Below are positions 42,227 through 53,411 of a DNA stretch of 64,000 nt, one piece after another. The notes below the pieces were generated by a model, which was not told where the DNA came from, searched no databases, and worked only from the letters and a program-made list of their open reading frames with translations. The DNA comes from Ruminiclostridium sp. (lineage in GTDB: Bacteria > Bacillota > Clostridia > Oscillospirales > Ruminococcaceae). Made by a program: the position numbers and the translations under genes. The stretch's first letter is position 1. The number at the start of each line of letters is the position of its first letter. The stretch is taken from the NCBI GenBank assembly GCA_017935365.1, contig JAGBHT010000033.1:25697-89696 (forward strand), written 5' to 3'.

Positions 42227-42970
42227 ATGCCAAAAAGACTGGATGTTTATCTTTCCGATAACAATATTGTAAAAAGCCGCAGTCTTGCCGCTACTCTGAT
42301 AAAACAGGGAAGCGTTGAGGTAAACGGCAGGGTATGCACCAAGCCTTCGTTTACGGTTGGTGACGATGATACCGTAAAAATAATCGGAGAACTGCCTAAA
42401 TATGTCGGCAGAGGCGGACTTAAACTTGAAAAGGCATTGGCTCACTACAGACTGCATCTTGACGGCGCTGTCTGCATTGATATCGGCGCTTCTACAGGCG
42501 GATTTACCGATTGTATGCTCCAGAACGGCGCAGAAAAGGTGTATTCTGTAGATGTCGGTACTGACCAGCTTGATGAAAAGCTCAGAAACGACAGCAGAGT
42601 AATTTCTATGGAAAAAACCGATATAAGAAACTGCGTCGGCACATTGCCGCAGGTTGACTTTATCAGCATAGATGTATCATTCATATCGCTGAAACTGGTA
42701 CTTCCGTCCGCGTTTGCACTTCTTAAAGACGGCGGCGAGTGCGTGGCACTTATAAAACCGCAGTTTGAAGCGGGAAAAGCGCACCTGAGCAAAAACGGCA
42801 TAGTGCGTGACACCAAGGTACTTAAAAAAGTCTGTGAAGAAATTGCGGAATTTGCATCAGCCGTGGGTTTTGAACGCGGAGAGATCATACCCTCCCCGAT
42901 AACGGGCGGTGACGGCAATACCGAATATCTTATATATTTAAAACGACCGAAAGCAGGTGACAAGCTTTGA
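42227..42970 (+). CDS. tlyA: TlyA-family rRNA 2'-O-methyltransferase
   Basis: S4 domain, YVGRGGLKL, DIGASTGGFTD, DVSFISL, IKPQFE. Confidence 0.93.
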   Translation: MPKRLDVYLSDNNIVKSRSLAATLIKQGSVEVNGRVCTKPSFTVGDDDTVKIIGELPKYVGRGGLKLEKALAHYRLHLDGAVCIDIGASTGGFTDCMLQNGAEKVYSVDVGTDQLDEKLRNDSRVISMEKTDIRNCVGTLPQVDFISIDVSFISLKLVLPSAFALLKDGGECVALIKPQFEAGKAHLSKNGIVRDTKVLKKVCEEIAEFASAVGFERGEIIPSPITGGDGNTEYLIYLKRPKAGDKL

Positions 42971-43812
42971 AAGTAATGATATGCGCCAACCTTGATAAGG
43001 AGAGAAGCCGCAAGGCGGCTCTTGATGTCTGCTCAAAGCTTATTGATATAGGTTTTCAGCCGCTTATTGAAAAGCAATACGAAAGTGCTATAAAAGTAGA
43101 CAAAGCGTTCTATTCCGAAACGGACAAGCTTGTAAACGAGTGCGATATGTTTATGACTATCGGCGGTGACGGAACTATTCTCAAGTGGGGACAGAAAGCG
43201 GCAGTGTGTGGTAAACCACTGCTCGGAATAAATACCGGACGGCTCGGCTTTATGACTTCTATTGAAAGCGATGAGCTTGAAACGCTTGAACGGCTCAGAA
43301 CAGGCGACTACAGTATCAGCAGAAGAATGCTCCTTGACATTGAGTATGAGGGTAAAGGTAATTTCAGCGCGATAAATGATGTCGTGTTCAATAAGTGTCG
43401 TTACTCAAAGCTCCCTGAGTTCATCGTATCGGTAGAAGAGTACGAGGTCACAAAGATAAGGGCAGACGGTATAATTTTCAGCACACCGGCAGGCTCAACC
43501 GCCTATTCGCTGTCGGCAGGCGGTCCTATTATATCACCGGACGCGCAGTGCATTGAGTTCACTCCGCTGTGTGCGCATTCTCTTTTCGGCAGACCTATGA
43601 TATTTTCATCGGATTCAGAGATAACGGTACGTTTTTCCGCATACGAAAACAGCGGCGTATCGCTGAGTATTGACGGAAACGATGATATGGACTTCAACGA
43701 GGGAGAAACGATAAAGATAAGACGTTCAAAGCAGGAGCTTTCACTTATCGATATAAACGGAAGCAGTTTCTATAAGGCTGTACACAATAAGCTAATGCGT
43801 CCGCTGAAATGA
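42967..43812 (+). CDS. nadK: NAD kinase
   Basis: IGGDGT, GRLGF, INDV, STPAGSTAYSLSAGGP. Confidence 0.94.
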   Translation: MKVMICANLDKERSRKAALDVCSKLIDIGFQPLIEKQYESAIKVDKAFYSETDKLVNECDMFMTIGGDGTILKWGQKAAVCGKPLLGINTGRLGFMTSIESDELETLERLRTGDYSISRRMLLDIEYEGKGNFSAINDVVFNKCRYSKLPEFIVSVEEYEVTKIRADGIIFSTPAGSTAYSLSAGGPIISPDAQCIEFTPLCAHSLFGRPMIFSSDSEITVRFSAYENSGVSLSIDGNDDMDFNEGETIKIRRSKQELSLIDINGSSFYKAVHNKLMRPLK

Positions 43813-43831
43813 TTAACTAAGGGGTGATATT

Positions 43832-44269
43832 GTGAAAAAGAAAAGACAGGCTGAGATATTGAGGATAATATCCACCAATGAGGTTGAAACGCAGGAGATG
43901 CTTCTTAATCTTCTTCGTGAACGCGGTTATGACGTAACGCAGGCTACAGTTTCCCGTGACATCAACGAGATGAACATTGAGAAAACCGTGTCGGCAAACG
44001 GCGTAAACTGTTATGCAAAAGCCGAAAAGGTACATACAGTCAAGTTTCACAATATCATTTCGGAAGCTGTCGTCAGTATTGATTATGCTATGAATATTGT
44101 TTCGATAAAATGTCACAGCGGACTTGCAAATGCGGCGTGTGCAGGGCTTGATATGATGAATTTGTCATATGTTGTCGGCACTATCGCAGGCGATGATACT
44201 ATTTTCGTACTTACGCGCACAGAGAGTGACGCAAGAATGCTGACGCGTCATCTGAAAGAATTGCTTTAA
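43832..44269 (+). CDS. argR: Arginine repressor
   Basis: TQATVSRDI, GTIAGDDT. Confidence 0.94.
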   Translation: MKKKRQAEILRIISTNEVETQEMLLNLLRERGYDVTQATVSRDINEMNIEKTVSANGVNCYAKAEKVHTVKFHNIISEAVVSIDYAMNIVSIKCHSGLANAACAGLDMMNLSYVVGTIAGDDTIFVLTRTESDARMLTRHLKELL

Positions 44270-44286
44270 GTAAGGAGGTCGGCGTT

Positions 44287-45957
44287 TTGCTAAGAGAATT
44301 GTCTATTGAAAATCTTGCGGTCATAGAAAAGGCGTCGATTGCCTTTGATAATAAGCTGAACGTATTCACAGGTGAAACGGGTGCAGGTAAGAGCATACTT
44401 ATCGGCGGCATAAATGCGATACTCGGCGGCAGAGTAAGCAAGGATATAGTAAGAGCGGGAGCTGATAAGGCGGTTGTGACGGGACTTTTTGACGACCTGC
44501 CGCAGACTGTTGTCGATAAGCTTACCGAAAACGGTTTTACTGCTGAGGACGAACTTTTATTACAGCGTGATATACATTCGGACGGAAAGAGCACAGCCAG
44601 AATAAACGGTAGGGCAACAACCGTTTCGATACTGCGCGATATTGCCGCAGAGCTTATAGATATACACGGTCAACATGACAACCGCCTGCTTATGGACGGC
44701 GATAATCAGCGGGAAATTCTCGATAATTACGGCAGAAACGGCGAACTGCTCAGGGAGTACGGTGTGGCATTCAAGGAGTTTTCCGCACTGTCGCGCAAGA
44801 TAAAGGAAGTCAGCCGCAAAAAGACCGAATCGCTTGAAAAGGCAGAACTGCTCAGAGAACGGCTTGAGGAACTGGACAGATACAATTTTTCTGCTGATGA
44901 AGAAGAAACTATCAAGCAGAAGCTGGAGGAACTGCGTAATGCTGAGTATATAAGCGAAAATCTGTATAATGCGCAGACGGCGATTTCGGGTGACGATGAT
45001 ACAGACGGTGCATATTCACTGCTTGAACGTTGCCGTGACAGTGTTTCATCGCTCAGCGATACTATGCCTGAGCTTGAAAAGCTGTCGGAAAGAATATCGG
45101 ATATGCTTGTGGAGCTTGAAGATATAAGAGAGGAAATAGCGCAGCGCATACCCGACGATGATGAAGATACAGCCGGCATGCTGAGCGTTTATGAAGAACG
45201 GCTGAGCGTGATATTAAGGCTTCGCAGAAAGTACGGCGTAGAGCTTCCCGAAATACTTGAAAATTCGGAAAAATGGCGCACGGAGCTGTATGAAATAGAT
45301 AACGGCGACGATATTATTGAAGAACTTACAGAAAAGAAAAAAGAAGCGGGCGAAAAGGTAAAGCAACTTGCCGCAGAGCTTACAAAAAGCCGGAAAAAGG
45401 CGGCGGACGAGCTTGCAAAACGTATTTCTTCCGAACTTGCATTCCTTGATATGCCTGATATAAGGCTTGTATTTGATATATCGCAGGACAAGGTCACGCT
45501 GAGCGGTATGGATAAGGTTGAAATGCTTATATCCGTAAATAAGGGCGAAGAGCTTAAGCCGATGAGTAAAATAGCATCGGGCGGAGAGCTGTCAAGAATA
45601 ATGCTTGCTATAAAGAATGTCCTTGCAGATACCGATAAACTGCACACAATGATATTTGACGAGATAGATACGGGTATCAGCGGCAGAGCGGCTACCAAGG
45701 TAGGAATAAAGCTTCACGAAGCGGCTAAGAACAGGCAGATACTCTGCGTCACACACCTTGCGCAGATAGCGGCTATGGCAGATACACAGCTTCTTATCAA
45801 GAAGACAAGTGATGACAAGCGTACATATACGGCGGTCACAAAGCTTGACTTTGACGGCAGGAAAAGGGAGATTGCAAGGATCATTTCGGGTGATGAAAAC
45901 GACCCCATATCGCTTGAAAATGCGGAAATGCTGCTCACAAGAAAGAACGAAGTATAA
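44287..45957 (+). CDS. recN: DNA repair protein RecN
   Basis: TGETGAGKS, IHGQHD, coiled coil, ASGGELSR, FDEIDTG, THLAQIA. Confidence 0.96.
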   Translation: MLRELSIENLAVIEKASIAFDNKLNVFTGETGAGKSILIGGINAILGGRVSKDIVRAGADKAVVTGLFDDLPQTVVDKLTENGFTAEDELLLQRDIHSDGKSTARINGRATTVSILRDIAAELIDIHGQHDNRLLMDGDNQREILDNYGRNGELLREYGVAFKEFSALSRKIKEVSRKKTESLEKAELLRERLEELDRYNFSADEEETIKQKLEELRNAEYISENLYNAQTAISGDDDTDGAYSLLERCRDSVSSLSDTMPELEKLSERISDMLVELEDIREEIAQRIPDDDEDTAGMLSVYEERLSVILRLRRKYGVELPEILENSEKWRTELYEIDNGDDIIEELTEKKKEAGEKVKQLAAELTKSRKKAADELAKRISSELAFLDMPDIRLVFDISQDKVTLSGMDKVEMLISVNKGEELKPMSKIASGGELSRIMLAIKNVLADTDKLHTMIFDEIDTGISGRAATKVGIKLHEAAKNRQILCVTHLAQIAAMADTQLLIKKTSDDKRTYTAVTKLDFDGRKREIARIISGDENDPISLENAEMLLTRKNEV

Positions 45958-45969
45958 AATTATAATACG

Positions 45970-46005
45970 CAGTCCGGGAAGAACGAAACTTCCCGGACTG
46001 TTTTT
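45970..46005 (+). terminator. Intrinsic terminator after recN
   Basis: CAGTCCGGGAAG-7 nt-CTTCCCGGACTG-TTTTT. Confidence 0.85.
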
Positions 46006-46065
46006 ATATTCCTATCACAAACCGACACTTTTTTCTTTCTCTTTGTCCTATAATAAACGAGGGGC

Positions 46066-46926
46066 TTGGAAATGGTGATCTATATTGATGTGCTTATACT
46101 GATTAACCTGTACGTTACATATTTTCAGATACTTGCGGTATCTGTGCTTACTCACCGCAAGGTTATATGGTACAGAAAACTGATATCTGCGGGGATAGGC
46201 GGAGCGGCATCTCTTTGCATATTCATATCGCAGGATATGGTTATAACGCTTACAATGCTTAAAATAGCGCTGTGTTTCATTATAGCGTTTACAGCGTTCG
46301 GGTACGGCGGATTTTTGACGTATATGAAGAGCGTTTTGTTTTTGCTGTTTGTGAATTTTCTGTTTTCGGGACTTATGCTTTGCGTTTGGCTGTTTGCCAC
46401 TCCGATGAAAATGCTCTTTATAAATGGTACGGTGTATTTCGGAATAGACACTATGACGGTGATTTTATGCACCTGTGCCGCCTATACGGTAATGAGGATA
46501 ATAAGACTGATACTTGACAGAAACGGCAGAACCGACAGAAAATATACAGTCGAGATCCACAACAACGGAAAGCAGTGCAGGCTGTCCGCACTTGCCGACA
46601 GCGGAAACGGACTTGTCGACTGCTTCAGCGGGTTACCCGTCATAGTGTGCAGGCGCGATATATGCGCTGATATTTCACCGCCTGCAATTATGGCGATAGA
46701 CGGCAGTAAAGACCTGTCACAGCTGTGCACGGAAATGATAAAGGGTGTGCGCATTATGCCGTTTTCAACGGTCGGTAAGGACGGGCTTATTTGCACGTTC
46801 AGAGCCGACAGTGTTGTAATAAATGACGAAAGGCAACAAAGATATCCCGTGAACGCCCTTATCGGTGTGGTGATTGGCGGTAAACAGGAATATGAAGCGA
46901 TATTCAACCCGAAAATACTTGTGTGA
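46066..46926 (+). CDS. spoIIGA: Pro-sigmaE processing aspartic protease
   Basis: IYIDVLILIN start, TM helices, catalytic LADSGN; directly upstream of sigE. Confidence 0.9.
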   Translation: MEMVIYIDVLILINLYVTYFQILAVSVLTHRKVIWYRKLISAGIGGAASLCIFISQDMVITLTMLKIALCFIIAFTAFGYGGFLTYMKSVLFLLFVNFLFSGLMLCVWLFATPMKMLFINGTVYFGIDTMTVILCTCAAYTVMRIIRLILDRNGRTDRKYTVEIHNNGKQCRLSALADSGNGLVDCFSGLPVIVCRRDICADISPPAIMAIDGSKDLSQLCTEMIKGVRIMPFSTVGKDGLICTFRADSVVINDERQQRYPVNALIGVVIGGKQEYEAIFNPKILV

Positions 46927-46936
46927 GGTGTAAAAT

Positions 46937-47656
46937 ATGCTGAAAGTAATAGAAATTATCAGCGGACTGATACAAAAACTGCGTATGTCCGCCAACGGAA
47001 AATGCGAAATAGATTACATAAACGGTGCAGAAACCTTACCTCCTCCGCTTTCAAAGGAAGATGAAGCAAAAACGCTTGCAATGCTTGACACTGATTTTGA
47101 GAAAGCGAGAGAAACGCTTATTGTTCATAATCTGCGGCTTGTTGTGTACATTGCCAAGAAATTTGAGAGCACGGGTATAGGAATAGAGGATCTTATTTCA
47201 ATCGGAACTATCGGACTTATCAAGGCGGTAAATACATTCAGCGTGGAGAAGAATATAAAACTTGCAACCTATGCTTCACGCTGTATCGAAAACGAAATAC
47301 TGATGTATCTGAGAAAGACCAATCAGCAGAAAATGGAGGTTTCTATAGACGAACCGCTCAATGTTGACTGGGACGGAAACGAACTGCTTTTGTCGGATAT
47401 TCTCGGTACGGATGATGATACCGTAAGCGTCAATATCGAAAATGAAGCGGAAAAGCGTGTTTTACTTGAAGCGGTAGAAAAGCTTGACGAAAGGGAAAAG
47501 CTGATAATGGAACTGCGTTTCGGGCTCAACAACCGTCCCGAAAAAACACAAAAGGAGGTCGCCGATATGCTCGGGATCTCCCAGAGTTATATTTCACGCC
47601 TTGAAAAGCGCATTATAAAACGGCTCAAAAAGGATATGGAAAGCCTGTGCAGTTAG
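46937..47656 (+). CDS. sigE: Sporulation sigma factor E
   Basis: Pro-sequence, [46 protein letters not shown]. Confidence 0.93.
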   Translation: MLKVIEIISGLIQKLRMSANGKCEIDYINGAETLPPPLSKEDEAKTLAMLDTDFEKARETLIVHNLRLVVYIAKKFESTGIGIEDLISIGTIGLIKAVNTFSVEKNIKLATYASRCIENEILMYLRKTNQQKMEVSIDEPLNVDWDGNELLLSDILGTDDDTVSVNIENEAEKRVLLEAVEKLDEREKLIMELRFGLNNRPEKTQKEVADMLGISQSYISRLEKRIIKRLKKDMESLCS

Positions 47657-49257
47657 CGCTTTGCAAAATCTCTGCCGAGCACAGCTATAGCGCACCTCAG
47701 TCCGTCCATTGCGGCAGTTACGATACCGCCTGCATAGCCTGCACCCTCACCGCAAGGATATAAGCCTTTGACGCTGACAGACGAAAGGTTTTCGTCCCTT
47801 ACTATTCTCACAGGTGAAGAACTTCTTGTTTCCGGTCCTGTCATAACTGCATCAGTAGAGCCGAAACAGCTGATTTTTTTAGCAAACTGCGGCAGTGCAA
47901 ATCTCAGTGCGTCGCATACAAAATCGGGTAAGTATTCATCGGGCAATACAAATGTTGTGCCGATCGGATAGGAAGGGGCTACATTGCCGAATTTTTCGGA
48001 AGTACGTTTACTGAGAAAGTCGCCGACTAATGCAACAGGCGCTTTATAATTGCCGCCTGCCGCTTTGTAGGCGGCTTTTTCTATTTTCCTTTGCAGCTCA
48101 ACGCCTGCCATAATATCGTCCTTATCAAAATCATCAGGGGTAATTCCGACAAGAACGGCGCTGTTTGCATTTTCACCGTTTCTCGCATAGTAGCTCATAC
48201 CGTTGGTGACTATCGTGTTTTCTTCGGAAGAAGAAGCCGTGACTACGCCGCCCGGACACATACAGAATGTATAAATACCTCTGCCTGTTTCATCGTGTAC
48301 GGAAAGCTTATAGTCGGCAGGCGGTAGCGCAGGGTGTCTGCTCATATCGCCGTACATACTGCGGTCAAGATCAGATTGTCTGTGTTCTATTCTGACACCG
48401 ACCGAGAAGTTTTTTGCCTGCATAGTAACGTTGCGGTTTTTCAGCATATAGAACACATCTCTTGCGCTGTGGCCTATGGCAAGTATCACGTTATCTGTTT
48501 CGATAGTGTGTTCCGTTCCGTCTTTTTCATACGTTACCGATCCTATTGAGCCGTTTTCGGTATCATATTCTGTAAACTTAGCACCGAATATAACCTCGCC
48601 GCCGAGTGAGATAATATCGTTGCGGATATTTTTCACCGTAACAGACAGCTTATCCGTGCCTATATGAGGTTTGGCGTCATACATAATTTCTTCGGGTGCA
48701 CCGTGACGGACGAACTCTTCAAAGACTATCCGTGACAGTGGGTCGTTTACGCCTGTGTTGAGCTTGCCGTCCGAAAAAGTACCTGCACCGCCCTCGCCGA
48801 ACTGCACGTTACACTCTGTATCGAGGATTCCCTTTTCCCAGAATAAGCGAACTTTTTCCTTGCGGCTGTCAACGTCAAGACCGCGTTCAAGAACTATCGG
48901 TCGTACTCCGCACTGCGCAAGATACAGTGCCGCAAACATACCCGCAGGACCGAAGCCGATTATCACTGGACGATTTGAAAGCTGTGCTTTTCGGGGAAGA
49001 GAATACGGTATTTCTTTATATAAAGAAACGCTTTTATTTCCCGCGTTCTTTCTGATTATACTGTTTTCGTTGTCACACCGGAAAGCAACCGTATAGACAA
49101 AATGTATATCGTCCTTGTGACGGGCGTCAACAGAACGTCTGATTATTTTAATGTCAGTCGGTTTAAGCTCTTCAAGCTTTAATTTTTTGCTTATAAATGC
49201 CGCTATGTCGTCTGTTGTATGCTCAAGCGGCATTTTTATATTGCTGTATTTTATCAT
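47653..49257 (-). CDS. Uncharacterised FAD-dependent oxidoreductase
   Basis: [42 protein letters not shown]. Confidence 0.85.
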   Translation of the reverse strand: MIKYSNIKMPLEHTTDDIAAFISKKLKLEELKPTDIKIIRRSVDARHKDDIHFVYTVAFRCDNENSIIRKNAGNKSVSLYKEIPYSLPRKAQLSNRPVIIGFGPAGMFAALYLAQCGVRPIVLERGLDVDSRKEKVRLFWEKGILDTECNVQFGEGGAGTFSDGKLNTGVNDPLSRIVFEEFVRHGAPEEIMYDAKPHIGTDKLSVTVKNIRNDIISLGGEVIFGAKFTEYDTENGSIGSVTYEKDGTEHTIETDNVILAIGHSARDVFYMLKNRNVTMQAKNFSVGVRIEHRQSDLDRSMYGDMSRHPALPPADYKLSVHDETGRGIYTFCMCPGGVVTASSSEENTIVTNGMSYYARNGENANSAVLVGITPDDFDKDDIMAGVELQRKIEKAAYKAAGGNYKAPVALVGDFLSKRTSEKFGNVAPSYPIGTTFVLPDEYLPDFVCDALRFALPQFAKKISCFGSTDAVMTGPETRSSSPVRIVRDENLSSVSVKGLYPCGEGAGYAGGIVTAAMDGLRCAIAVLGRDFAKR

Positions 49258-49260
49258 TTC

Positions 49261-50502
49261 TTACTCCGATAAAGAAAGGCTTGCGTTCATACCGGCTGTA
49301 TAACCGCTTTTCCATGCCCAGTCGAGATTATATCCGCCGCATTTTCCCTGAATGTTGAGTATCTCACCGCAAAGGTATACTCCGCTTGATTTCAACGATT
49401 CAAGTTTATCCGAAACTTCACTTGCGGGAATACCGCCGCAGGTGATCTGTGCAAGGCTCCAGTCGGATACACCTTTTATCGGATAGCGGCTGTCTTTTGC
49501 GGCAGTGCAAATCAGAGATATTTCCTTTGACGTTATTTCACCGCAGGTCTTTGAAAAGGCTATACCTGCCTTTTTCAGCATAGCCTGACCTATGCGCTTA
49601 TGATATATTCCTGTCAGAAGCTCTTCACAAGGGAGCGTTGCTCTTATCTCCGCTGAGCTTTTGATTATACCGTATAATTCTTCTTTACTGAGCGTCGGCG
49701 CTGTATCAAGTGATATTTCGCCTTTGCCAACATATTTTGCGGCTTTTGCCGACAGATTGAATATGCAGATACCCGAAAGAGCGCCGTCTGTAAACTGGAC
49801 TTCTCCCGACTGCCTGTCAATGATTTTGCCGTCTGCAAGAAGTGAAACATCGGCGGCAACACGCAGTCCTTTTAACGATTTTACAAGTCCGACATCTGTT
49901 CTTATCGGGGCTAACGCAGGGTATAGTTTAGTCAGCGAGTGTCCGAGTTTTTTGCTCAGTTCATATCCTTCACCGGTCGTTCCGAGCGAAGGAGCGGCTT
50001 TTCCGCCGGTGGCGATTATAACTCGTTTTGCTCTGACTTCTGTTTCTCCGTTAGTTATAATATAGCAGTTTTTTGCTTTCTTTATATCCGTGACAGAATA
50101 TTCACAGATCGTATCGATACCTGCAAAATCAGCGGCAAACCGCAGTGCGTCGAGTACCGATGTAGCCGCATTGCTGAAAGGGTACACTCTGCCTGTGTCA
50201 TCGGCTTTGCAGATAAGTCCGAGGGAAGAGAAGAACTCTTCCGGATTTTCTATATCACCGCTTATATATGATAACAGTTCGGTATCACCGTCATAGTCGT
50301 CTGTCGAGATTGAGCTGTTTGTAAGGTTGCATCTTCCGTTACCGGTAGATAATATTTTTTTGCCGACCCTCGGCAGTTTTTCGAGAATGGTTATATTATT
50401 ACAGCCGTATCGCGCGGCGGCAATGCCTGCAACAAGTCCAGATGCGCCTCCGCCGATAATTGCTATATCGGTATCAATTATTTTCATTTCTGCTCCGTTC
50501 AA
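49261..50502 (-). CDS. HI0933/BaiN/YhiN-family flavoprotein
   Basis: IGGGASG, GKKILSTGNGRCNLTN, GRVYP, ATGG, GKCGGYNL. Confidence 0.88.
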   Translation of the reverse strand: MNGAEMKIIDTDIAIIGGGASGLVAGIAAARYGCNNITILEKLPRVGKKILSTGNGRCNLTNSSISTDDYDGDTELLSYISGDIENPEEFFSSLGLICKADDTGRVYPFSNAATSVLDALRFAADFAGIDTICEYSVTDIKKAKNCYIITNGETEVRAKRVIIATGGKAAPSLGTTGEGYELSKKLGHSLTKLYPALAPIRTDVGLVKSLKGLRVAADVSLLADGKIIDRQSGEVQFTDGALSGICIFNLSAKAAKYVGKGEISLDTAPTLSKEELYGIIKSSAEIRATLPCEELLTGIYHKRIGQAMLKKAGIAFSKTCGEITSKEISLICTAAKDSRYPIKGVSDWSLAQITCGGIPASEVSDKLESLKSSGVYLCGEILNIQGKCGGYNLDWAWKSGYTAGMNASLSLSE

Positions 50503-50627
50503 AGAAGTTAATTAAATTTATAATCCGTTAACATAAGAAGTATAACATATTATCATACGGTAAGCAAGAGGTTTGCTTTAAATGCAGATTGTATGGGAAA
50601 ATCTGCGGAGTACAGGAGGATAACAAA

Positions 50628-51083
50628 ATGGACGACAGAATAATGAGACTTATAATTGCGCTCGGTAAGTTTTCGGCTCAGCCAAGACAATACAGAATAA
50701 TGGAGGGGCTTAACGCAAGTGAGACAGGCGTGTTCTGGGCGATGACACAGATAGTCGCCGAAAAGCCGGAAACAGAACTGTTCGGACTGAGCGAGCTCAA
50801 CAGTTATCTCAATTTCACCAGACCTAATCTTTCTCAGACAATAAATAAGCTTGAGGACAAGGGTTATGTTGAGCGTGTCGTATTAAAGGACGACAGAAGG
50901 GTAACATATATCAGGCTTACCGAAAACGGCAGAGCAACAGCTAAAGCAAAATATGACGAGATATTCACACGACTTGAAAATATAGCAAAGATACTCGGCG
51001 AAGAAGATACAGATAAGCTTATCGAGCTTATTCTGCGTTTTGCCGACGCTTATGAAAAGTCGGGCGAAATAAAGACAAAGTGA
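50628..51083 (+). CDS. MarR-family transcriptional regulator
   Basis: LSQTINKLEDKGYVER...DDRRVTYIRLTENG; AGGAGG RBS before ATG 50628. Confidence 0.88.
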   Translation: MDDRIMRLIIALGKFSAQPRQYRIMEGLNASETGVFWAMTQIVAEKPETELFGLSELNSYLNFTRPNLSQTINKLEDKGYVERVVLKDDRRVTYIRLTENGRATAKAKYDEIFTRLENIAKILGEEDTDKLIELILRFADAYEKSGEIKTK

Positions 51084-51098
51084 AAGGAAGCATAAGGT

Positions 51099-53411
51099 TT
51101 GTTTAAAATATTCGGGTATCTGAAAAACAGCATACCACAGATTTTACTTATTATCGTCCTGCTTGTAATACAGGCCTGGGGCGATCTTACTTTGCCACAA
51201 TATACATCGGATATAGTGGATATCGGTATCCAGAACGGCGGCGTAGAAGATGCGGCGGCAGGCGCACTGACAGTTGACGGTTATAATGCTCTCAAAACAT
51301 TTATGAACGATGAACAGAAAAGCGTGCTTGAAAATAGTTATACGCTTGTAAGCGCAGGCAACGGTACAGATGAGCAGAAAGACACTTATCCTGCGTCAAA
51401 AGACAATAATGTGTATTTTCTGAATGATATTTCAGCCGACGAAAAGACACAACTTATTGACGCTGTAGGAATACCTATGATTGCGGCTGAAATGATGAGA
51501 GAACTTTCTTTTGAAGATTTTTCGGTTATGGCTGAAAAGCAGGGAGTAACTCTGCCGTTCACATCGTTCGAACAGGCAGGACAGGCTCTCGGAATAGAAG
51601 AAGGCAAAGCAAATGCGCTGACGATCCTTACCGCTCTCGCAGATACGGGTGCTATGGGCGATACGGATATATCGGCATCTCTCGATAAAATATCCGATAT
51701 GCCCGGAACTATTACCGAGCAGTCGGCAGTACTTTTTGTAAAGAACGAATATTCATCTCTCGGCGTTGATATGAATGCCTTACAGCAGAATTATCTGCTT
51801 TCAACCGGCGGAAAAATGTTGCTTATTGCTCTTCTTATGATGGCAGTATCAGTGACAGTCGGTTTCTTTGCGGCTACAACAGCGGCAAGGGTCGGCAGAG
51901 ATTTACGAGCTAAGGTATTCAAGAATGTTGTCGGTTTCTCAAGTGCCGAAATCGACAAGTTCTCCACAGCCAGCCTTATTACAAGAAGCACAAACGATAT
52001 TCAGCAGATACAGATGGTTATCGTAATGCTTCTGAGAATGGTCATTTATGCTCCTATACTCGGTATAGGCGGTGTATTCATGGTACTGACTACCGGTACG
52101 GGTATGGCGTGGATCATAGCGCTTGCGGTAATAGTTATCCTTGCCGTTGTAATGGTGCTGATGAAGGTTGCCATGCCTAAGTTCAAGCTTATGCAGAAGC
52201 TTGTTGATAAGCTGAACCTTGTAGCAAGGGAAATTCTTACAGGTCTTCCTGTAATCCGTGCTTTCAGCCGTGAAAAGTATGAAGAGGATCGCTTTGATAA
52301 GGCAAACAAGGATCTTACGTCAACAATGCTGTTCACCAACCGCACAATGACATTTATGATGCCTCTTATGATGATGATAATGAACCTTATCACTGTTCTT
52401 ATCATATGGGTAGGCGCAGGTCAGATATCGGACGGCTCATTGCAGGTCGGCGATATGATGGCATTTATTACTTACACAATGCAGATAGTAATGTCGTTCC
52501 TCATGCTGACTATGATATCAATAATGCTTCCGAGAGCCGCGGTTTCGGCAGACAGAATAAACGAAGTCATAACGGCAAAGAAGAGCATCGAGGACAAGCC
52601 CGGTGCAGGAACTTTCGATAAATCCACACTCAGAGGCAATGTTACATTTGATCATGTTTCGTTCCGCTATCCGGATGCGGATGAAGATGTGCTGACGGAT
52701 ATAGATTTTACTGCAAATGCAGGTGAAACTACCGCTATTATAGGCAGTACAGGCAGTGGTAAATCCACGCTTATCAACCTTATCCCCAGATCCTTTGATG
52801 TTACCGCCGGTAGAATAACTATTGACGGTACGGATATAAGAGATGTTACACAGCATTCTCTCCACGATATAATCGGTTTTGTACCGCAGAAAGGTGTATT
52901 GTTCTCAGGTACTATCGACAGCAATATAAAGTTCGGCGCAGAGAACGCAAGCAAAGAAACGGTAAAGCTTGCCGCCGATGTTTCACAGTCGTCCGAATTT
53001 ATTGACAGCAAGCCGCAGAAATACAACGAACCTGTTTCTCAGGGAGGTACAAATGTATCGGGCGGGCAGAAACAGCGTTTGTCAATTGCCCGTGCAATAG
53101 CAAAAGAGCCGAAAATATACCTGTTCGACGACAGCTTCTCGGCGCTTGATTTCAAGACAGATATAAAGCTCAGAAAGGCGCTTGCAGACAACATTCACGA
53201 CTGCACGATAATCATTGTTGCACAGCGTATCAGCACAATACTTAACGCCGACAAGATAGTCGTGCTTGATGAGGGCAAGATAGCAGGTATAGGAACTCAT
53301 GCACAGCTTATGCAGAGCTGTGAGGTTTACAGACAGATAGCTCACTCGCAGTTATCGCAGAAAGACCTTGCCGCAATAGACAACGCAAAGGGGGTTACTG
53401 ATAATGCGTAA
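51099..53411 (+). CDS. Type IV ABC exporter subunit (TMD+NBD, degenerate site) with enlarged extracellular loop
   Basis: GSTGSGKST, VSGGQKQR, YLFDDSFSALD (Asp replaces the catalytic Glu). Confidence 0.92.
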   Translation: MFKIFGYLKNSIPQILLIIVLLVIQAWGDLTLPQYTSDIVDIGIQNGGVEDAAAGALTVDGYNALKTFMNDEQKSVLENSYTLVSAGNGTDEQKDTYPASKDNNVYFLNDISADEKTQLIDAVGIPMIAAEMMRELSFEDFSVMAEKQGVTLPFTSFEQAGQALGIEEGKANALTILTALADTGAMGDTDISASLDKISDMPGTITEQSAVLFVKNEYSSLGVDMNALQQNYLLSTGGKMLLIALLMMAVSVTVGFFAATTAARVGRDLRAKVFKNVVGFSSAEIDKFSTASLITRSTNDIQQIQMVIVMLLRMVIYAPILGIGGVFMVLTTGTGMAWIIALAVIVILAVVMVLMKVAMPKFKLMQKLVDKLNLVAREILTGLPVIRAFSREKYEEDRFDKANKDLTSTMLFTNRTMTFMMPLMMMIMNLITVLIIWVGAGQISDGSLQVGDMMAFITYTMQIVMSFLMLTMISIMLPRAAVSADRINEVITAKKSIEDKPGAGTFDKSTLRGNVTFDHVSFRYPDADEDVLTDIDFTANAGETTAIIGSTGSGKSTLINLIPRSFDVTAGRITIDGTDIRDVTQHSLHDIIGFVPQKGVLFSGTIDSNIKFGAENASKETVKLAADVSQSSEFIDSKPQKYNEPVSQGGTNVSGGQKQRLSIARAIAKEPKIYLFDDSFSALDFKTDIKLRKALADNIHDCTIIIVAQRISTILNADKIVVLDEGKIAGIGTHAQLMQSCEVYRQIAHSQLSQKDLAAIDNAKGVTDNA

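Noticed and set aside
46015-46054. Spo0A boxes at the spoIIGA promoter
   Set aside because: TATAAT is present at 46049-46054, but the best 0A match (ACCGACA) is only 5/7; plausible but not supportable.
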